Assembly (NCBI GenBank): GCA_963772735.1
Contig: CAVYYO010000001.1
Location: forward strand, 223,581 to 287,580
From: an uncultured cyanobacterium
GTDB taxonomy: Bacteria > Cyanobacteriota > Cyanobacteriia > PCC-6307 > Cyanobiaceae
Direction of reading: 5' to 3'
Length of the DNA stretch: 64,000 bases
The position numbers and the translations under genes were made by a program. The notes beneath the pieces are model-generated. The model had not been told where the DNA came from and searched no databases. It saw nothing but the letters and a program-made list of their open reading frames with translations. Positions 61,593 to 64,000 of the stretch are shown here, one piece after another; the stretch's first letter is position 1, and the number at the start of each line of letters is the position of its first letter.

Positions 61593-63194
61593 GTGCCCTT
61601 TCCCTGGCTGAGCACCGCGATTCTGTTTCCGATCGGCGCCGCTCTGCTGATCCCCTTCGTGCCTGACAAGGGAGACGGCCGGCAGGTGCGCTGGTACGCC
61701 CTGGGCGTGGCTCTCATCACCTTCCTGGTGACCGTGGGGGGCTACCTCAACGGCTACGACCCCGCTGATCCGGGCCTGCAGCTGGCGGAGAGGGTGCAGT
61801 GGCTCCCCGACCTGGGCCTGGCCTGGTCGGTGGGAGCCGACGGCCTCTCCATGCCCCTGATCCTGCTGACGAGCTTCATCACCGCCCTGGCCTGCCTGGC
61901 CGCCTGGCCGGTGACCTTCAAGCCGAAGCTGTTCTATTTCCTGCTCCTGGCCATGGATGGCGGTCAGATCGCCGTTTTCGCCGTGCAGGACATGCTGCTC
62001 TTTTTCCTGGCCTGGGAGCTCGAGCTGATCCCGGTCTATCTGCTGCTGGCCATCTGGGGAGGCAAGAAGCGCCAGTACGCGGCCACCAAATTCATCCTCT
62101 ACACCGCGGGCAGCTCCCTGTTCATCCTCCTGGCGGGGCTGGCCATGGGCTTCTTCGGGGGTGGGGCGCCCAGTTTCGAGTACACGGTGCTGGCCGCCAA
62201 GAATTTCGGCACCGGTTTCCAGGTGCTCTGCTATGCCGCCCTGCTGATCGCCTTCGGCGTCAAGCTGCCGGTGGTGCCACTGCACACCTGGTTGCCGGAT
62301 GCCCACGGTGAGGCGACGGCTCCGGTGCACATGCTCCTGGCGGGCATCCTGCTCAAGATGGGCGGCTATGCCCTGCTGCGCTTCAACGTGCAGCTGCTTC
62401 CCGAAGCCCACGTGCAGTTCGCCCCCCTTCTGGTGATCCTGGGGGTGGTGAACATCATCTACGCCGCCCTGACCTCGTTCGCCCAGCGCAACCTGAAGCG
62501 CAAGATCGCCTACAGCTCCATCAGCCACATGGGCTTCGTGCTGATCGGCGTCGGCAGCTTCAGCGCCCTTGGCACCAGTGGCGCCATGCTCCAGATGATC
62601 AGCCACGGACTGATCGGCGCCAGCCTCTTCTTCCTGGTGGGCGCCACCTACGACCGCACCCACACCCTCCAGCTCGACGAGATGGGCGGGGTGGGCCAGA
62701 AGATGCGCAAGATGTTCGCTCTCTGGACCGTCTGCTCCCTTGCCTCCCTTGCCCTGCCCGGCATGAGCGGCTTCGTCTCCGAGCTGATGGTCTTCGTCGG
62801 CTTCGCCACCAGCGAGGCCTACAGCCTCAGCTTCCGCATCGTGATCGCGGTGCTGGCCGCGATCGGGGTGATCCTCACGCCGATCTACCTGCTGTCGATG
62901 CTGCGGGAGATCTTCTTCGGCAAGGAAAACCCCGAGCTCGCCTCCCACACCCATCTGGTGGATGCCGAACCACGGGAGATCTACGTCATCTCCTGCCTGC
63001 TGGTGCCGATCATCGGCATCGGCCTCTACCCCCGTCTGGTCACCGACAGCTACCGGGCAGCGATCGAGACCCTGGTCGATCGGGAGGCCCTCGCTCTGGT
63101 CAAGGTGGGTCGGCCCCCCCTGCGGTCGGTGATGGCCGGCGGGGCCTTCGGCTCCCTCCCACCGGCGCTGCTCCAGGCCCCGGCCCTTGGCTGA
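61593..63194 (+). CDS. ndhD1: NDH-1 subunit D1
   Basis: [41 protein letters not shown]; GTG start uncertain. Confidence 0.92.
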   Translation: MPFPWLSTAILFPIGAALLIPFVPDKGDGRQVRWYALGVALITFLVTVGGYLNGYDPADPGLQLAERVQWLPDLGLAWSVGADGLSMPLILLTSFITALACLAAWPVTFKPKLFYFLLLAMDGGQIAVFAVQDMLLFFLAWELELIPVYLLLAIWGGKKRQYAATKFILYTAGSSLFILLAGLAMGFFGGGAPSFEYTVLAAKNFGTGFQVLCYAALLIAFGVKLPVVPLHTWLPDAHGEATAPVHMLLAGILLKMGGYALLRFNVQLLPEAHVQFAPLLVILGVVNIIYAALTSFAQRNLKRKIAYSSISHMGFVLIGVGSFSALGTSGAMLQMISHGLIGASLFFLVGATYDRTHTLQLDEMGGVGQKMRKMFALWTVCSLASLALPGMSGFVSELMVFVGFATSEAYSLSFRIVIAVLAAIGVILTPIYLLSMLREIFFGKENPELASHTHLVDAEPREIYVISCLLVPIIGIGLYPRLVTDSYRAAIETLVDREALALVKVGRPPLRSVMAGGAFGSLPPALLQAPALG

Positions 63195-63311
63195 GCCCCG
63201 GCCTTCCGATCGCCCGGGGGGCCCGTTACGAAACTCTGCGGGGCTCCCCGGTGGCCATGCCCTGCTCCGGAGAGGATGCCTACGCTCCTGCATCGCACAA
63301 CAAGCGTCTCC

Positions 63312-63704
63312 ATGCGGCAGATCAACTTCCTTCTGATCTTCAGCTTCGGCCTGGCGACGGTGATGTTCACCCTGGAGAACACCACCGCCACCACGGTGCA
63401 CTTCCTCCCGGGGGTGAGCACCACCCTCCCCCTGGCGGCCCTGCTGCTGGTGGTGGGTGGCATCGGGGCCACCGCCGCCTGGATCTACGCCGTCTGGAGT
63501 GGTGTGGTGAAGAAGGTGGAAACCCTCCAGAACACCGGCGAAGTGGAGGCCCAGCAGGTGCGCATCAGCGAGCTGGAAAACGACCTGCGTCGCTACCGGG
63601 CCACGGTGGATGCCCAGCTGGGGCTCCTGCCGGCGGCCGGCGAGAGCTCGGCCCGCACCGGCGGACAGGACGGGGACGAGCCGCTGTCGATGGCGGCCGA
63701 CTGA
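63312..63704 (+). CDS. LapA (DUF1049) family membrane protein
   Basis: MRQINF...FTLENT, two TM segments, then a coiled coil. Confidence 0.8.
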   Translation: MRQINFLLIFSFGLATVMFTLENTTATTVHFLPGVSTTLPLAALLLVVGGIGATAAWIYAVWSGVVKKVETLQNTGEVEAQQVRISELENDLRRYRATVDAQLGLLPAAGESSARTGGQDGDEPLSMAAD

Positions 63705-63813
63705 AGCGTGCTCCCGCACCGCGGGGCCCTTTCGGTCATGGACGCGACTGGTGCCTCGCGAGCGCAGCCGGTAGCTTGCAGGCGAGAGGCACCTCCGGAG
63801 CAGGACATCGCGC

Positions 63814-64000
63814 GTGGCAGAAGCGGGCGCCAGGCTGGCCATCCGGCTGCTGCAGGACGCGGCGGAGCGGGGAGACATCGATCCCTGGGACGTTGATGTG
63901 ATCGCCGTTATCGATGGCTTCCTCGACCAGCTGCGTCAGCGCATCGATCCCCACCGCCACCTGGCCCCCCAGGGAGGAAGCTACGAAAGGGATCTGGCCG
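63814..64000 (+). CDS. scpA: Segregation/condensation protein A (3'-truncated by window edge)
   Basis: AIRLLQDAAERGDIDPWDVDVIAVIDGFL. Confidence 0.85.
   Translation, partial: MAEAGARLAIRLLQDAAERGDIDPWDVDVIAVIDGFLDQLRQRIDPHRHLAPQGGSYERDLA

Overview
Core-genome window from a high-GC picocyanobacterium (Cyanobium / freshwater Synechococcus type, inferred from gene content and order). It holds about 60 densely packed CDSs and one tRNA-Asn(GUU). The CDSs cover photosynthesis and NDH-1 genes (psbU, petL, a stand-alone psbD, ycf3, ndhO, ndhM, ndhF1, ndhD1, CRR7), carotenoid genes (zds, crtB, pds, a Z-ISO-like NnrU protein), lipid genes (plsX-fabH-fabD-plsC) and both response regulators rpaA and rpaB. 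I saw no transposase, integrase, prophage or CRISPR array. The least ordinary part is a cell-surface block at about 24.7-34.6 kb. It has two tandem SLH/OprB-type porins that share near-identical N- and C-terminal DNA blocks around divergent barrels, and both carry a Yfr1-complementary site at the translation start. It also has a 600-bp structured upstream region with a strong-SD 17-codon ORF, and three tandem GT-C-type membrane glycosyltransferases. Other points of interest are a +1-frameshifted RibD-like reductase coupled to a dual-domain pterin synthase, a PilP-like lipoprotein, a loop-deleted (CC-adding type) tRNA nucleotidyltransferase and low-GC patches inside pds and the DUF2079 gene. 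Family assignments come from motif recognition by eye; no database searches were run.
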